Shown: positions 51,505-63,686, numbered from the stretch's first letter. The stretch is DNA of 64,000 bases from an uncultured delta proteobacterium (GCA_963766715.1 CAVYBH010000001.1:1-64000); one strand, 5' to 3'. Program-made: numbers and translations. The notes: generated by a model from the sequence alone, not told the origin.

Positions 51505-54273
51505 ATGGCCAGGCCCGACTGCTACGACGCCCCGGAGTGCGACACCCCGGAGAAGGGGGCGCCGAAGTTCTGCAAGAAGTCGGAGCCCGGCGAGGGGACC
51601 GAGCGGAGCTGCGCCTTCGACGGCGCCCGCGTGGTGCTCATGCCCGTCACCGACGCCATCCACCTGGTGCACGGCCCCATCGCCTGCGCCGGCAACTCCT
51701 GGGACAACCGCGGCGCCCGCTCCTCCGGCTCGCAGCTCTACCGGCGCGGCTTCACCACCGAGATGCTGGAGAACGACGTCATCTTCGGCGGGCGAGAAGA
51801 AGCTCCACGCGGCCATCGTCGAGCTGGCCGCGCGCTACGCCGGCGAGGCCAAGGCCATCTTCGTCTACGCCACCTGCGTCACCGCCATGACCGGCGACGA
51901 CGTCGAGGCGGTCTGCAGCGCGGGCCGCCGGCGAGGTGGCCATCCCGGTCATCCCGGTCAACACGCCCGGCTTCATCGGCGACAAGAACATCGGCAACCG
52001 GCTGGCCGGCGAGATCCTGCTCGACCACGTCATCGGCACCGCCGAGCCGGCGCGCACCACCCCCTACGACGTGAACCTCATCGGCGAGTACAACATCGCC
52101 GGCGACCTGTGGGGCATGCTGCCGCTCTTCGAGCGGCTCGGCATCCGCATCCTCTCCTGCATCAGCGGCGACGCGCGGTTCGAGGACCTGCGCTGCGCCC
52201 ACCGGGCGCGGCTCAACGTCATCATCTGCTCGAAGAGCCTCACCAACCTGGCCCGGAAGATGCGGAAGCGCTACGGCATCCCGTACCTGGAGGAGTCGTT
52301 CTACGGGATGACCGACACCGCCAAGGCGCTGCGGGACATGGCGCGCGAGCTCGACCTGGCGAACGGCGGCGAGGGCGACACCACCATGCGGGACCGGGTG
52401 GAGGCGCTCGTCGCCGACGAGGAGGCGCGCTGCCGGGCCCGCATCGGCCCCTACCGGGCGCGGCTCGCCGGGAAGCGGGCCGTGCTCTTCACCGGCGGCG
52501 TGAAGACCTGGTCGATGGTCAACGCGCTGCGGGAGCTCGGCGTGGAGGTGCTGGCGGCCGGCACCCAGAACTCCACCCTCGAGGACTTCCACCGGATGAA
52601 GTCCCTCATGCACCAGGACGCCCGCATCATCGAGGACACCTCGACGGCGGGGCTCCTGGCGGTGATGCGGGAGAAGATGCCCGACCTCATGGTGGCCGGC
52701 GGCAAGACCAAGTTCCTGGCGCTCAAGACCCGCACCCCCTTCCTCGACATCAACCACGGGCGCTCCCACCCCTACGCCGGCTACGAGGGGATGGTCACCT
52801 TCGCCCGCCAGCTCGACCTGACCGTGAACAGCCCCATCTTCCCGGCCATGAACGCGCGGGCCCCGTGGGAGCTGCCGGCGGGAGAGCGCGAGGCGCGCCG
52901 GGCCGGCGGCCGCCGGCCACGCCGGCGCGCTTCCTGGCCGAGGACCTGCCGCCTCGCGGGTGAAGGTCCCGGCCAAGGCCGCCACCGTCAACCCCCAGAA
53001 GAACTCGCCGGCGCTGGGGGCCACGCTCGCCTACCTGGGCGTGGACCGGATGCTCGGCCTCCTGCACGGCGCGCAGGGCTGCTCGACCTTCATCCGGCTC
53101 CAGCTCTCCCGCCACTTCAAGGAGTCGGTGGCGCTCAACTCGACCGCCATGAGCGAGGACACCGCCATCTTCGGCGGCTGGAAGAACCTCAAGGCCGGCG
53201 TGGCCCGGGTGATCGAGAAGTTCCGGCCCGCGGTGGTCGGCGTCATGACCTCCGGGCCTCACCGAGACCATGGGCGACGACGTCCGGGGCGCCATCGCGC
53301 AGTTCCGGACCGAGCGCCCCGACCTCGACGGCCACCCCGGTGGTCTGGGCCTCCACGCCCGACTACTGCGGCTCGCTCCAGGAGGGGTACGCCGCCGCGG
53401 TGGAGGCGCTCCTCGAGACGCTCGCCGAGGGCGGCCCGACCATCCCCGCCAGGTCAACCTGCTCCCCGGCGCCCACCTCACCCCGGCCGACGTCGAGGAG
53501 CTGAAGGGGCTCGTCGAGGCCTTCGGCTTCCGGGTCCTCGCCATCCCCGACACCGCCAACGCCCTCGACGGCCACGTCGACGACGTGGTCTCGCCGCTCT
53601 CCACCGGCGGCGTGCCGGTGGACCGGCATCCGCCTGGCCGGGCGCAGCGCCGCCACCCTCTACGTGGGCGACTCGCTCGCACCGCGCCGCCCGGCGCGCT
53701 CGAGGAGCGGCACGGCGTCCCGGCCTTCGGCATGAACTCGGCCACCGGCCTCGCCGAGGTCGACCACCTGGTGGCCACGCTCGCCGCCCTCTCCGGCCGC
53801 CCGGTGCCGGAGGCGCTCCGCCGCTGGCGCAGCCGGCTCCTCGACGCCATGGTCGACAGCCACTACCAGTTCGGCGGCAAGAAGGTGGCCATCGCGCTCG
53901 AGGCCGACGCGCTCAAGGCGATGACCCGCTTCCTCGCCGGCATGGGCTGCGACGTCCGCTGGCGCTCGCCGCCACCCGCACCCGGGGGCTCGACGAGCTG
54001 CCCTGCGCCGGACGTCCGGGTGGGCGACCTCGAGGACCTGGAGGACGCGCGCCCGGGGCATGGACCTCCTGGTCGCCAACTCCAACGGCCGGCAGGCCGC
54101 CGCCGAGGCTGGGGGTGAAGGCCCACCTGCGGGCCGGCTACCCGGTCTTCGACCGGCTCGGCGCCCACGCCCGGGTCTGGGCCGGCTACCGGGGCACCCT
54201 GAACCTGGTCTTCGAGGTGGCGAACCTGTTCCAGGCGAACGCCACCGAGGCGCAGCGGCTGGCCCACAACTGA
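51505..54273 (+). CDS. nifEN: FeMo-co scaffold NifE-NifN, probably one fused gene (many frameshifts)
   Basis: NifE: ERSCAFDGA, HGPIAC, GEYNIAG, TGGVKTWS. NifN: NPQKNSPALGA, HGAQGC, GYPVFDRLG. No clear RBS between the halves. Confidence 0.88.
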
Positions 54274-54289
54274 GAGGAAGGAGCCGGGC

Positions 54290-54677
54290 ATGCGGATGGC
54301 ATTCACGAGCAGCGACGGCCGGACCATCGACGAGCACTTCGGCATGGCCGGCCAGTTCCACATCTGGGAGGTCGGGCCCGGACGGGCCGAGCCGGTGGGA
54401 ACGGTGACGGCCATCACCACCTCCGACGACGAGGAGGACCGCATCTCGGCGCGGGCCAGCGCCATCGCCGGCTGCGCCATCGTCTACACGGTGCGCATCG
54501 GCGGCCCGGCCGCGGCGAAGCTCGTGGCCCGGCGCATCCACCCCATGAAGACCGGGGCCGAGGTGCCCATCGACGAGGTGGTCGGGAAGTTGCAGGAGGT
54601 GCTGCGAGGAAGGCCGCCGCCCTGGCTCCGCAAGGCCATGGACGCGGGGATCGGCGGCGGCGGAAGTCGTCGACTGA
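54290..54677 (+). CDS. nifX: NifX FeMo-co precursor carrier (end approximate)
   Basis: [38 protein letters not shown]. Confidence 0.88.
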
Positions 54678-54713
54678 CAGTGCGGGTGCGTCCCGCAGGC
54701 GAGGAGACACACC

Positions 54714-54977
54714 ATGGCGTACATCACCGGACTCACCCGAGGCAGGCAGGAATGGACCCCGCGCTTCGTCCGCGCGGTCGACCCCGAGAAGTGCATCGGC
54801 TGTGGCCGCTGCATCAAGATCTGCGCCCACGACGTGCTGGCGCCGGCCGAGGTGGACGAGGAGGAGTCGGCCAAGATGTTCGCCGCCGTCGCCAACGCGG
54901 AGGCCTGCATCGGCTGCGAGGCCTGCGGCCGCACCTGCAAGAAGGACGCGTTCAGCTTCGAGCCGCTGCTCGCCTGA
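54714..54977 (+). CDS. fdxB: nif-associated 2[4Fe-4S] ferredoxin (ferredoxin III type)
   Basis: [17 protein letters not shown] and [11 protein letters not shown]. Confidence 0.85.
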   Translation: MAYITGLTRGRQEWTPRFVRAVDPEKCIGCGRCIKICAHDVLAPAEVDEEESAKMFAAVANAEACIGCEACGRTCKKDAFSFEPLLA

Positions 54978-54988
54978 GGAGCGATGCC

Positions 54989-56437
54989 ATGACCGGCCTG
55001 CCCGTGGTCCGAGCATCCAACTGCACGTTCGGCCGCGGGTGCGGCGACGCCGGGAGCCCCGCGCGCCGCTCCCGCCCGACGTGGCGGCGCAGGTCGCGAG
55101 CCATCCCTGCTACAGCGAGGAGGCCCACCACCACTTCGCGCGCATGCACGTGGCGGTGGCCCCGGCGTGCAACATCCAGTGCAACTACTGCAACCGGAAG
55201 TACGACTGCGCGAACGAGAGCCGCCCCGGCGTGGTCTCGGAGCGGCTCCGTCCCGAGGACGCGGTCCGCAAGGTGCTGGCGGTGGCCGAGCAGGTGCCCG
55301 AGCTCTCGGTGGTGGGCATCGCCGGACCGGGCGACGCGCTCGCCAACGCCGAGGCCACCTTCGCCACGCTCGAGGGGGTCGCGCGGGCCGCGCCCGACCT
55401 CACCCTCTGCCTGTCGACGAACGGGCTCGCGCTGCCCGAGCACGTCGACCGGCTGGTGTCGCTCGGGGTCCGGCACGTGACGGTGACCGTCAACATGACC
55501 GACCCGGAGGTCGGCGAGCGGATCTACCCGTGGATCGTCCGGGACGGGCGGAAGGTCCGCGGGCGTCGAGGCCTCGCGCATCCTCTCCGAGCGGCAGCTC
55601 GAGGGCATCGCGCTCCTGCGGGCCCGGGGCGTCCTCGTGAAGGTGAACTCGGTCGTCATCCCCGGCGTGAACGACGCCCACCTGGCCGACGTCGCGCGGA
55701 CGGTCCGGGCGGCCGGGCGCCTTCCTCGTGAACCTGGTGCCCCTCATCTCCGCGCCGGAGCACGGGACCCACTTCGGCCTCACCGGCCAGCGCGGCCCGA
55801 CGCCGCGGAGCTCGAGGACGTGCAGCGGGCCTGCGAGCTCGACGCCCGGCTCATGCGCCACTGCCGGCAGTGCCGCGCCGACGCGGTGGGGCGGCTCGGC
55901 GAGGACCGCTTCGACTCCTTCACGCTCGCCCGGCTCCCCCCGGGCCCGGCCCGGGACGCGGGCGAAGCTCCGCGCCGAGCGGCGCGCCGCGGTGGAGCGG
56001 GTGCGGGCGGCGGCCGCCCGGGAGCGGGACGCGGCGCTCGTGTCGCCGCGAGGGTCGCGATGCCGGCCGCGCCGGCGGTCCGGGTGGCGGTGGCCACGAA
56101 GAGCGGCGGTCTGGTCGACCAGCACTTCGGCCACGCCCGGGAGTTCCTCGTCTACGACGTCTCGCCCGGCGGCGTGAAGCTCGTCGGCCGGCGCTCCGCC
56201 GAGACCTACTGCGCGGGCGGGGAGGGGGACGACGACGCGCTCGACGCGGTCCTGCGCGTCCCTCGCGGGCTGCGCGGCGGTCCTGGTGGCGAAGATCGGG
56301 CATTGCCCGCGCGGCCAGCTCGAGGCGGCCGGCATCGAGGCCTCCGAGGCGCAGGCCTTCCGCCCCATCGAGGCGGCGCTGCTCGAGTGGCTCCTCGCCC
56401 GCCAGGGGCACGGGGAGCGAGGGCGGTGGGCGCGTGA
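54989..56437 (+). CDS. nifB: Radical SAM FeMo-co biosynthesis protein NifB with C-terminal NifX-like domain (frameshifted)
   Basis: [53 protein letters not shown]. Confidence 0.95.
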
Positions 56438-56750
56438 AGGTCCTCCCGCTGCCGGAGCTCGGCGCGGCGGAGCGGGCCGAGGACTTCTTCGAGGCGCTCG
56501 GCGTCTCCTACGACCGGCGCGTCGTCGAGGCCCACCGCACCCAGATCCTCCGCCTCTTCCACGTGGCCGTCGCGGCGCTCGAGGCGTCCGCGCCCTTCCT
56601 GGGCGAGGCCGGGCTCCGGGCCGCCCTCGGGGCCGCGCTGCGCGACGCGCACGACGCCGTCGTGGCCGGGGTCCGGGCGCCGTCCTCCACGCCGATGGCG
56701 GCAGGTGGTCCAGCTCCGGCGAGGCGCGCAGGGGCTGCTAGACGCTCTAG
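56434..56750 (+). CDS. nifW: NifW-like nitrogenase-stabilising protein (end approximate)
   Basis: AEDFFEALGVSYDRRVVEAHRTQILRLF; GTGA overlap with nifB. Confidence 0.7.
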
Positions 56751-58786
56751 GGGCGCCGCGACGGGGGCGCGCAGGAGCGTGCCGATGTCCGCGGCCCGCC
56801 TCGCGTCCGGGCCGCCGGCTTCCCCTTCCTTGGTGAGCGGCGACGCCACCGCGACGCGCCTCGGGCCTGCGCCGCCCGCCGAGAGCGCGAGCGAGCGGGC
56901 CGCGGCGCGCGCGGACGCCTCCGGGGCCTCGAGGAGCGCCGCCGCCGTCTCCTCGGGCGCCGCCGCGGCGACCTCGCTCCACACGCCGGCCAGCTCCGAC
57001 TCCATCCCGGCCGCGGAGAGGTCGGCCAGCCGGACGATCGCCTCGATCACGCCCTCGGCGGCGAGGTCGGAGAGGGAGGTCACCACCGGCCACTCCGGCG
57101 GCGCGACCGCCGCGGCGCGGAGCCGCGCCAGGACCACCGGGGAGGGCGTCACGGCGTCGAGGAAGACGCGCCGGGCCCCGTCTCCGTCGGGGTCGGAGAG
57201 GTAGACGGCCTCGGCGGCGGCGAGCCGGACCGCCGGATCCTCCTCGAGGCGGGCCGCCGAGCGGAGGAAGGCCGAGGTTCCGCGCGTCGGCCGCCTGGCC
57301 GAGCCGGTAGTAGGAGGCGATCCGCGCGTCCGTCCCGTCGTCGCGCGGGCGCGACCGCGGCGAGCGCGGGGGGACGGGGCTGCGCGTCCCCTGCCGCGAG
57401 CAGCGCCCCCAGCTCGTCGACGGCGCGGACGGTCTGGACCCGCCCGTGGTGATCGTTCACCAGGACGGCGAAGGCGAGGCGCTCCCCGCCCGACGACTCG
57501 ACGTAGCCGCAGAGGCTCGTCACGCCCTGGAGCGTCCCGGTCTTGGCGCGGAGGCGGCCCGCCGCCGCCGTTCCCTCCATGCGCCAGCGGATGGTCCCGT
57601 CGCGTCCGGCCACGGGCAGGGCCGAGACGAACTCGGAGGCGAGCGGGAAGCGGCGCCACATCTCCTCGAGCAGCTGCACGGTCTGGCGCGCGCTGAAGCG
57701 GTTCGCGTCGTTCAGCCCCGAGCCGTTCCGCATGAGGTAGGAGCCCCGCGGGATCCCGGCGGCGGCCAGGAAGTCCTCCACGGCCGCGACTCCCTTCGGC
57801 CAGCTCCCCGGGGCGCCGCGGGCCTCGGCGCCCAGCGTCTTCAGGATCTGCTCGGCCACGAAGTTGTTCGAGTGCTTCTGGAGGCGGCGGACCACGAGCG
57901 AGAGCGGCTCCGACTCCGAGACGAGCAGGAGCGTCGCGCCCTCCGGCACCGGGCCTCGCCGGACCGGGCCGGTCACCTTCACCCCGCGCTGCTCGAGGAG
58001 CCGGCGCAGGGTGGAGCCGAAGTGCAGGGGCGGATCGTCCACGCGCCGCCAGAGGACCTGGCTCCGCCCGCCGACCGGGACCTGCCCGGTCACCACCACC
58101 CGCTGGTGTCCGTTCGATCCGGGGCGGGAGCTGACCTTCACGCGCCGCTTGGCGCGCGGCCCCACCGTGACGGCCCGGTTCTCCAGCTCGACGAAGTCGC
58201 CGGGCGGCTCGGTGCGCACGAGCGCGGGCGCGCCCGCCTTGGCCCCGGGCGAGACGCGGACCGCGACGGTGTTGAAGTCGAGCGACACGGCGCCGGCCGG
58301 GGCCAGGTAGGCGCGATCTCCCTCCTCCTGGTCGAAGCCGGGCCCTTCCCGCACGGCGTCGAAGAAGGAGTCGTCCACCACCACGTCGCGCGACCCGCGC
58401 GAGCCCCAGCCCGGCGAGCTCGCCCGCCACGGACCAGAGCCGCTCGGCGACGAAGGTGGGGTCGCCCTTGCCGCGCACGTAGAGGGTCCTCGCCCCGTTC
58501 GGCGCCGGGGCCGGTGAAGAACTCGGTCTCGAAGCGGTACTCGGGGCCCAGCCGGCCGAGCGCCGCGGCGGCCGTGAAGAGCTTCACGTTGGAGGCCGGG
58601 TTCAGGAGCTCGTCGGGCGCCCGGGAGAAGATCACCTCGCCGGTGTCGAGCGACTTCACGAGCACGCCCACGCGCGCCCCCGCGAGGGCAGGGGACGACG
58701 GTGGCCGCCGAGAGCGCCGCGCGCAGCCCGGCGTGGGGCGAGGCGGCGACGAGGAGGGCGGCGGCGGCGATGGTGAAGGAGGGCAA
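56740..58786 (-). CDS. dacB: D-Ala-D-Ala carboxypeptidase/endopeptidase PBP4 with helical C-terminal extension (frameshifted; end approximate)
   Basis: PASNVK (SxxK), HSNNFVAEQ, NGSGL, AKTGTL. Confidence 0.9.
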
Positions 58787-58865
58787 GGGCTCGGGTCCCG
58801 ACGGACTCCCGCGATCCTACGCCAGCCGCCGGCCGGGCGCGAGATGCGGAGCCGGCGAAAACCCT

Positions 58866-58916
58866 TTGACGGGCCCGGCCCGGTCCGGTACCTTGTCAAT
58901 AATGAGAATCGTTCTC
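58866..58916 (+). promoter_or_regulatory. sigma70 promoter with Fur-box
   Basis: TTGACG-N17-TACCTT, then AATAATGAGAATCGTTCTC (15/19 to GATAATGATAATCATTATC; contains TGAGAA-N3-TTCTCA). Confidence 0.8.
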
Positions 58917-59823
58917 AATATACTTCCGGGAGGGACCTCCCCGGGGTCCCGGGCCCCGGCGCTCCTCCTCCTGCGTCCTCCTGGCGGCCCCGGCGGCATC
59001 CCGGGCAGACGAGGCGCTCCTCCCCGGCTGGCGGTGGAGCAGCGGCTCGACGAGCCGGCGGAGGGGGCGCCGGTCGAGCACGGCAAGGCCTTCACCGGAG
59101 ACGCCACGCCCATCGAGCCGGGGCACGTCGAGGTCGAGCTGGCCTACGCCCCCACCTGGTGGGCCACCGCCGGCGCCGTGGACCGGCAGGCAGGCGAGCA
59201 GCACCCCGTCGCCGCCGCGGTGGGCGTCGGGCTCCTCCGCGACGTCGATGCGCGCCTGGTGCTGGGCTGGTCCATGGTCCATGCCACGCCCGGCCTCCCG
59301 GGTGCGCCCGTGCACGGGCAGGGGCTCACCGACACCACCGTGGCGGTGCGCTGGCGATTCCTCTCCCTCCCCGGCCCCCAGGTCGACCTCGCGGTGAGCG
59401 CCGCCGTGACCCTGCCCACCGGCAGCCGGGCCACGCCGGACCGGCTGGGCACGAGCGCCGAGAGGTGGAGCGCGGGCGGAGCGCTGCTCGCCTCCGGCGA
59501 CTGGGGGCGCCTCACGGCGGGGGCCGAGCTCGGGTTCAGCGCACCGGTCGGCGCCAGCGGCTCGAACGACGTCGGGCTCCTCGTCTGCAACGCGCGCGGT
59601 GGGCTACCAGGTGCTGCCGTGGCTGCAGCCCGAGGTCGAGCTCAACTACCAGCACGAGCTGGAGCTGGGCGAGGAGCGGGACGAGCGGGTCCTCTGGGCC
59701 ACCGCGGCGCTGGTCGTTCCCCTCGACCGCGTGCGCCTCGTGGTCGGCGGCCGGATCCCGATCTGGGCGCGGGACACCGCCGCCGGGCCGATGATGACGG
59801 CGGCGGTCAAGCTCGCCTTCTGA
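58902..59823 (+). CDS. Predicted outer-membrane beta-barrel 'transporter'-type protein (frameshifted)
   Basis: FTGDATPIEPGHVEVELAY, GLTDTTVAVRWRF, LPTG, LQPEVELNYQH; C-terminal VKLAF. Confidence 0.65.
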
Positions 59824-61697
59824 TCGCCTCGCGGACACGCGCGGCGCGGGCGAGCCGCTCCGCCGACAGCCGCAGCAGGTCGCGCCGGTCGCGCGCCACC
59901 GCCGCCGCCGACATCCCGAGGGCCGCGCCCGCCAGGCGGTCGAGCTCCCGCTGGGCCGGCCGGTCGAGCATGGCCGCGAGATCCGTGGTCACCGGATCGC
60001 GGCCCAGCGCCGCGTGGAGGCGGCGCAGCGCGGGGAGCAAGGGGCGGAGCGAGGCGGCGTCGGGAAACGGCGCGGCCGCCAGCACGCCACAGTCGATGTC
60101 GGCGATGGCCTGCGCGCCGGTCAGCTGCCGCGCGCCGCGCTCCACCGCGATGCGGATGGGGGTCGAGGAGAGGAGCAGCGCGAGCAGCCACGGCTCGACG
60201 CCGCGCGGGAAGAGGGCGTGCCACTTCTTGTCCTCGAGGAGCCCGTCGACGTTGTGGAAGGCGAAGGCCCGCGTGCCCACCTTGGCCGGGTAGAGGACGG
60301 GAGCGGGTGCACGCCCCGGCGACACGCGCCACCAGGTCCCGCGAGAGGCGCACGTCGGCCTCAGGTCCACGCCGAGCGACACTCCGGCCCGGAGGTAGGC
60401 CCGGGCCGCCGGCGACGGTTCCTCCGGCCGGAAGAGGACCCGGACCGGGCGTCCGACCTCGGGCGCGATGGCGTCGCGCAGGCCCGCCAGCAGCGGGGCG
60501 ACGTCGCCGGGCGAGAGCCGGACCTCCCCGCAGAGCGCGCTCCGGTAGCGGCCGCCTCCGAGCGGCCGAAGGTGGAAGAAGCCGTTCGCGCCGGTCTTCA
60601 TGCCGAAGCGGACCTCGCAGACGTCGCCGACCCGGAGGCCGGAGGCAGGCGCTCGCGGAGGGACGTCGCGCCAGCCGGACCCGCCGCCCGCCGCGCCCGG
60701 CGGCGAGCGCGGCGAGCTCCGCGGGCGTGAGCGCTCCGAGCGCCACCGTGGCCTCCGCGGCCGGGGCGTCCGGCCCTCCCAGGACCCAGACCGCCAGCGA
60801 GGTCTCCACCGAGGCCGCGAAGCTCCCCTCGACGGTCGAGCGGAGCGAGAGCGCGAAGCCGCCCCGGGCCCGGGCGTCGTCCCGCAGCGGCGCGGCCGAG
60901 CGGGAGGTGGCGAGCGCGCGCGGAAGCACGAGACCGCAGGCCGGGGCGTGGCGGAGCGCGAGCTGGACCAGGTGGGCCGAGAGGTCGGCCTGCCGGGAGA
61001 GGCCGCTCCGGCCGGCGGCCCGCGCCTTCCAGGCGGCGGGCAGGGCCTCGTGGCGGAGGAAGGGCGGGTTCATGAGCAGCAGGTCGCAGGCGGGCCATTC
61101 GACGGCCAGCGCGTCGCCGCGCCGGACCTCCGCGTCGGCCCCGAGGAGGCCCAGGCGCAGCGAGGCGGCGCGGGTGGCGAGGGGAGAGAGGTCGAGGCCC
61201 AGGAGCCGGAGGCGCGCGCCGGCCCGGGACGCCAGCAGCTCCGCCGCGGCGAGCAGCGAGCCGCCGCCGCAGGCCGGGTCGAGCACGCGCAGTCCGTCGA
61301 GCGCCGACCGGAGCGACGGGGGCGGGGCGGTCTTCCCGAGGAGCGCGGCCACCCCCGCCGGCAAGGCCGGGCCGCCTCGCCGGGCCGCCGCCGCCGCCAG
61401 CGCGAAGGCGGCCAGCACGCGCCCCTCCTCGCCGCCCGTGAACACCGCCCCGCGAGCGCCGCGGAGCGCCCGGGCGAGCAGCGCCTCGAGCAATCGCCCG
61501 TCGACCGCGCCGGGGAGCGGCGCCCGCTCGGAGGCGAAGGGGATCCCGGCCAGCGTGGACGACGCCCTCCGCGGAGGTGCGTGGCCGCCTCCTCCAGGGC
61601 GCGCCGGGAGGGAAGCGCGCCGAGACGCAGGAGCGCGGCCGCCGTGGCGGCGTCGACGTCGGACGACCTCGCGGCGGATGGGGCCAGGCGACGCCAT
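59807..61697 (-). CDS. N6-adenine DNA methyltransferase, gamma/Eco57I-like (frameshifted)
   Basis: Motif I VLDPACGGGSLL, motif IV MNPPF, GAVFT motif X; TRD region RFGMKTGANGFF. Confidence 0.8.
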
Positions 61698-61798
61698 TCT
61701 ACGTCACGGCGCGGGCCGGGCCGCTATCGGCCGTCATCGCGCGGAACTGGCGAGGCCGGCCGGGGAGGATAGGATTCGCGCAGAACCGGGAGAGACGC

Positions 61799-62065
61799 AT
61801 GACGCATTCCGACGAGCGCGTGGCATCCGAGATGGGGCGCGCCCTCATGGCCATCTATCGGGCCGGGCTCCAGGTCCGGGTGTGGCCCGACGCGCTCCAC
61901 GGACGCGCCGGGGCGCGCATCGTCACCGGCCCCACCGCGCGCCGCCGTCGCGCCGGCTCCCCCCGGTCGGCCACCGGCAGCGGCGACTCCCCGCTCGCCG
62001 CCATCTACGCCGCCGTGCACCGCCTGAACGAGCGCACCGGCGCCGTGGTGGTGCGGCTGGAGTAG
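61799..62065 (+). CDS. Small hypothetical protein (88 aa)
   Basis: GGAGAG RBS, coding-like codon usage; no recognised family. Confidence 0.55.
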   Translation: MTHSDERVASEMGRALMAIYRAGLQVRVWPDALHGRAGARIVTGPTARRRRAGSPRSATGSGDSPLAAIYAAVHRLNERTGAVVVRLE

Positions 62066-62066
62066 T

Positions 62067-62348
62067 TCAGGTGAAGAGGGCGTCGAGCTTTCGCTCGATG
62101 TCCTCCTCGACCCGCGCACGCATCGAGCCGGGGACGAGCATCGGGTACTTCATCTCCACCACGACCTCGCTCGACTTCACGGCGAACGTGCCGGTGATGC
62201 CCATCTTCGAGACCTTGCCGGAGCGGAGCGCGTCGTCCTTGCGGTAGTCGAGCGACAGCTTCTCGGCGATCGCCGACATCATCTCGTGCACCTTCTGGTA
62301 GATCTCGTCGTCCTTGCGCCCCGTGAACTTTCGGGTGATGCGGGCCAT
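62067..62348 (-). CDS. Polyhydroxyalkanoic-acid-system (PHA_gran_rgn)-like small protein
   Basis: MARITRKF...GITGTFAV..EVVVEMKYPMLV..RVEEDIERKLDALF; TGATG coupling to queC. Confidence 0.6.
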   Translation of the reverse strand: MARITRKFTGRKDDEIYQKVHEMMSAIAEKLSLDYRKDDALRSGKVSKMGITGTFAVKSSEVVVEMKYPMLVPGSMRARVEEDIERKLDALFT

Positions 62349-63077
62349 CACTTCTCCTTCCGTGAACGGTGGTAGCGGGTGGGATCGGGGACGCCGGCCT
62401 CCTCGAAGCCCCGGCGCCGCAGGTGGCAGGCGTCGCAGCGGCCGCAGGCCCGCCCCCGGACCGGGTCGTAGCAGGTCTGCGTGATGCCGTACGGCACGCC
62501 CAGGCGCGTCCCCAGCCGGACGATGCCCTTCTTGGAGAGCCGCAGGAGCGGCGCGTGGATGCGCAGCCGGCCGCCCTCGACGCCGGCCCGGGTGGCCACG
62601 CGGGCCAGCCGCTCGAAGGCGCGCAGGAAGGGCGGGCGGCAGTCGGGGTAGCCGGAGTAGTCCACGGCGTTCACGCCCAGGAAGATGTCGTCCGCCCCCA
62701 GCACCTCGGCCCAGGCGAGCGCGAGCGAGAGCATGACCGTGTTGCGGGCCGGGACGTAGGTGACCGGGATGCCGGTCCCCATCTCGGCCTCGGCCCGGTC
62801 CTTGGGCACCGGCGATGGCGCCGTCGGTGAGGGCCGACCCGCCGAAGAGGGAGAGGTTCACCCGGGCCACGCGATGGCTCGCCGCGCCCAGCGCCCGGGC
62901 CACCCGGCGGGCCGCGGCCAGCTCGCCGCGGTGGCGCTGGCCGTAGTCGACCGACAGGCAATGGGCCTCGAACCCCTCGTCCCGGGCGACGGCGAGCACC
63001 GTGGAGGAATCGAGGCCGCCGGAGAGGAGGACGACGGCGCGGCGGGGCCGGGCCCGGGATCGCTTGCGGGTCGCCAT
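62348..63077 (-). CDS. queC: 7-cyano-7-deazaguanine synthase (frameshifted)
   Basis: [41 protein letters not shown]. Confidence 0.95.
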
Positions 63078-63086
63078 CGGGGGAGC

Positions 63087-63686
63087 CTAACGGCTTCCGA
63101 CCACCGTCGCCGCCAGGTCGTAGGAGTAGGTGCAGGTCTGCTGGCAGTTGCAGAGCTGGGCCGGGTCGGTTCCGGGGGGCGGATTCACCGTGTTGACGAG
63201 GCTCCCGGTGAGCCCGGAGTACCCGCCGCCCGGGATTGGCGTGAGGTCCGCCTGGATCCGCTGCTCGAGCAGCACCTGGCAGGAGCAGTTCGAGGACGGG
63301 GAGTCGGGCGGGCAGCCGCACTTCGCGGCGGCGGCCGCCTCGGCGCTCGGGCAGGTGCAGCCGCCCACCTGCACGGTGAAGACCGACGCCACGTCGATGC
63401 TCACGCCCGAGTACGTTCCCGCGTTGGGCAGCGCGTGCGGCCGGTCCACGCAGAGGAGCGCGTCGTTGCTCCCGGGGAGGAAGCTGACGGTGCCCGGGAA
63501 GGAGATGGGGCTGCTCGCCTGGCCGCCGGGCCCGGCGAAGAAGCAATCCGTCTGGAGGTAGACCCGCTCGGCGACGAAGTCGAACGTTCCCTGCCGGTCG
63601 GCCGGACACGCGATCGGGCTGGGAACGGCGTAGACCTCGCAGCCGCAGAGCAGGAGCGCGGTGACGACGGCGGCGGGAAGCCTCAC
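63087..63686 (-). CDS. Cysteine-rich lipoprotein of unknown function
   Basis: GTGA overlap; lipobox LLLCGC; 12 further Cys including CTC, CGC, CSC, CNC. Confidence 0.7.
   Translation of the reverse strand: MRLPAAVVTALLLCGCEVYAVPSPIACPADRQGTFDFVAERVYLQTDCFFAGPGGQASSPISFPGTVSFLPGSNDALLCVDRPHALPNAGTYSGVSIDVASVFTVQVGGCTCPSAEAAAAAKCGCPPDSPSSNCSCQVLLEQRIQADLTPIPGGGYSGLTGSLVNTVNPPPGTDPAQLCNCQQTCTYSYDLAATVVGSR

Noticed and set aside
59807..63077. queC next to a DNA methyltransferase as a 7-deazaguanine DNA-modification or Qat defence system
   Set aside because: QueC is canonical in length and motifs; no dpdA/tgt-like, qat or nuclease genes are nearby
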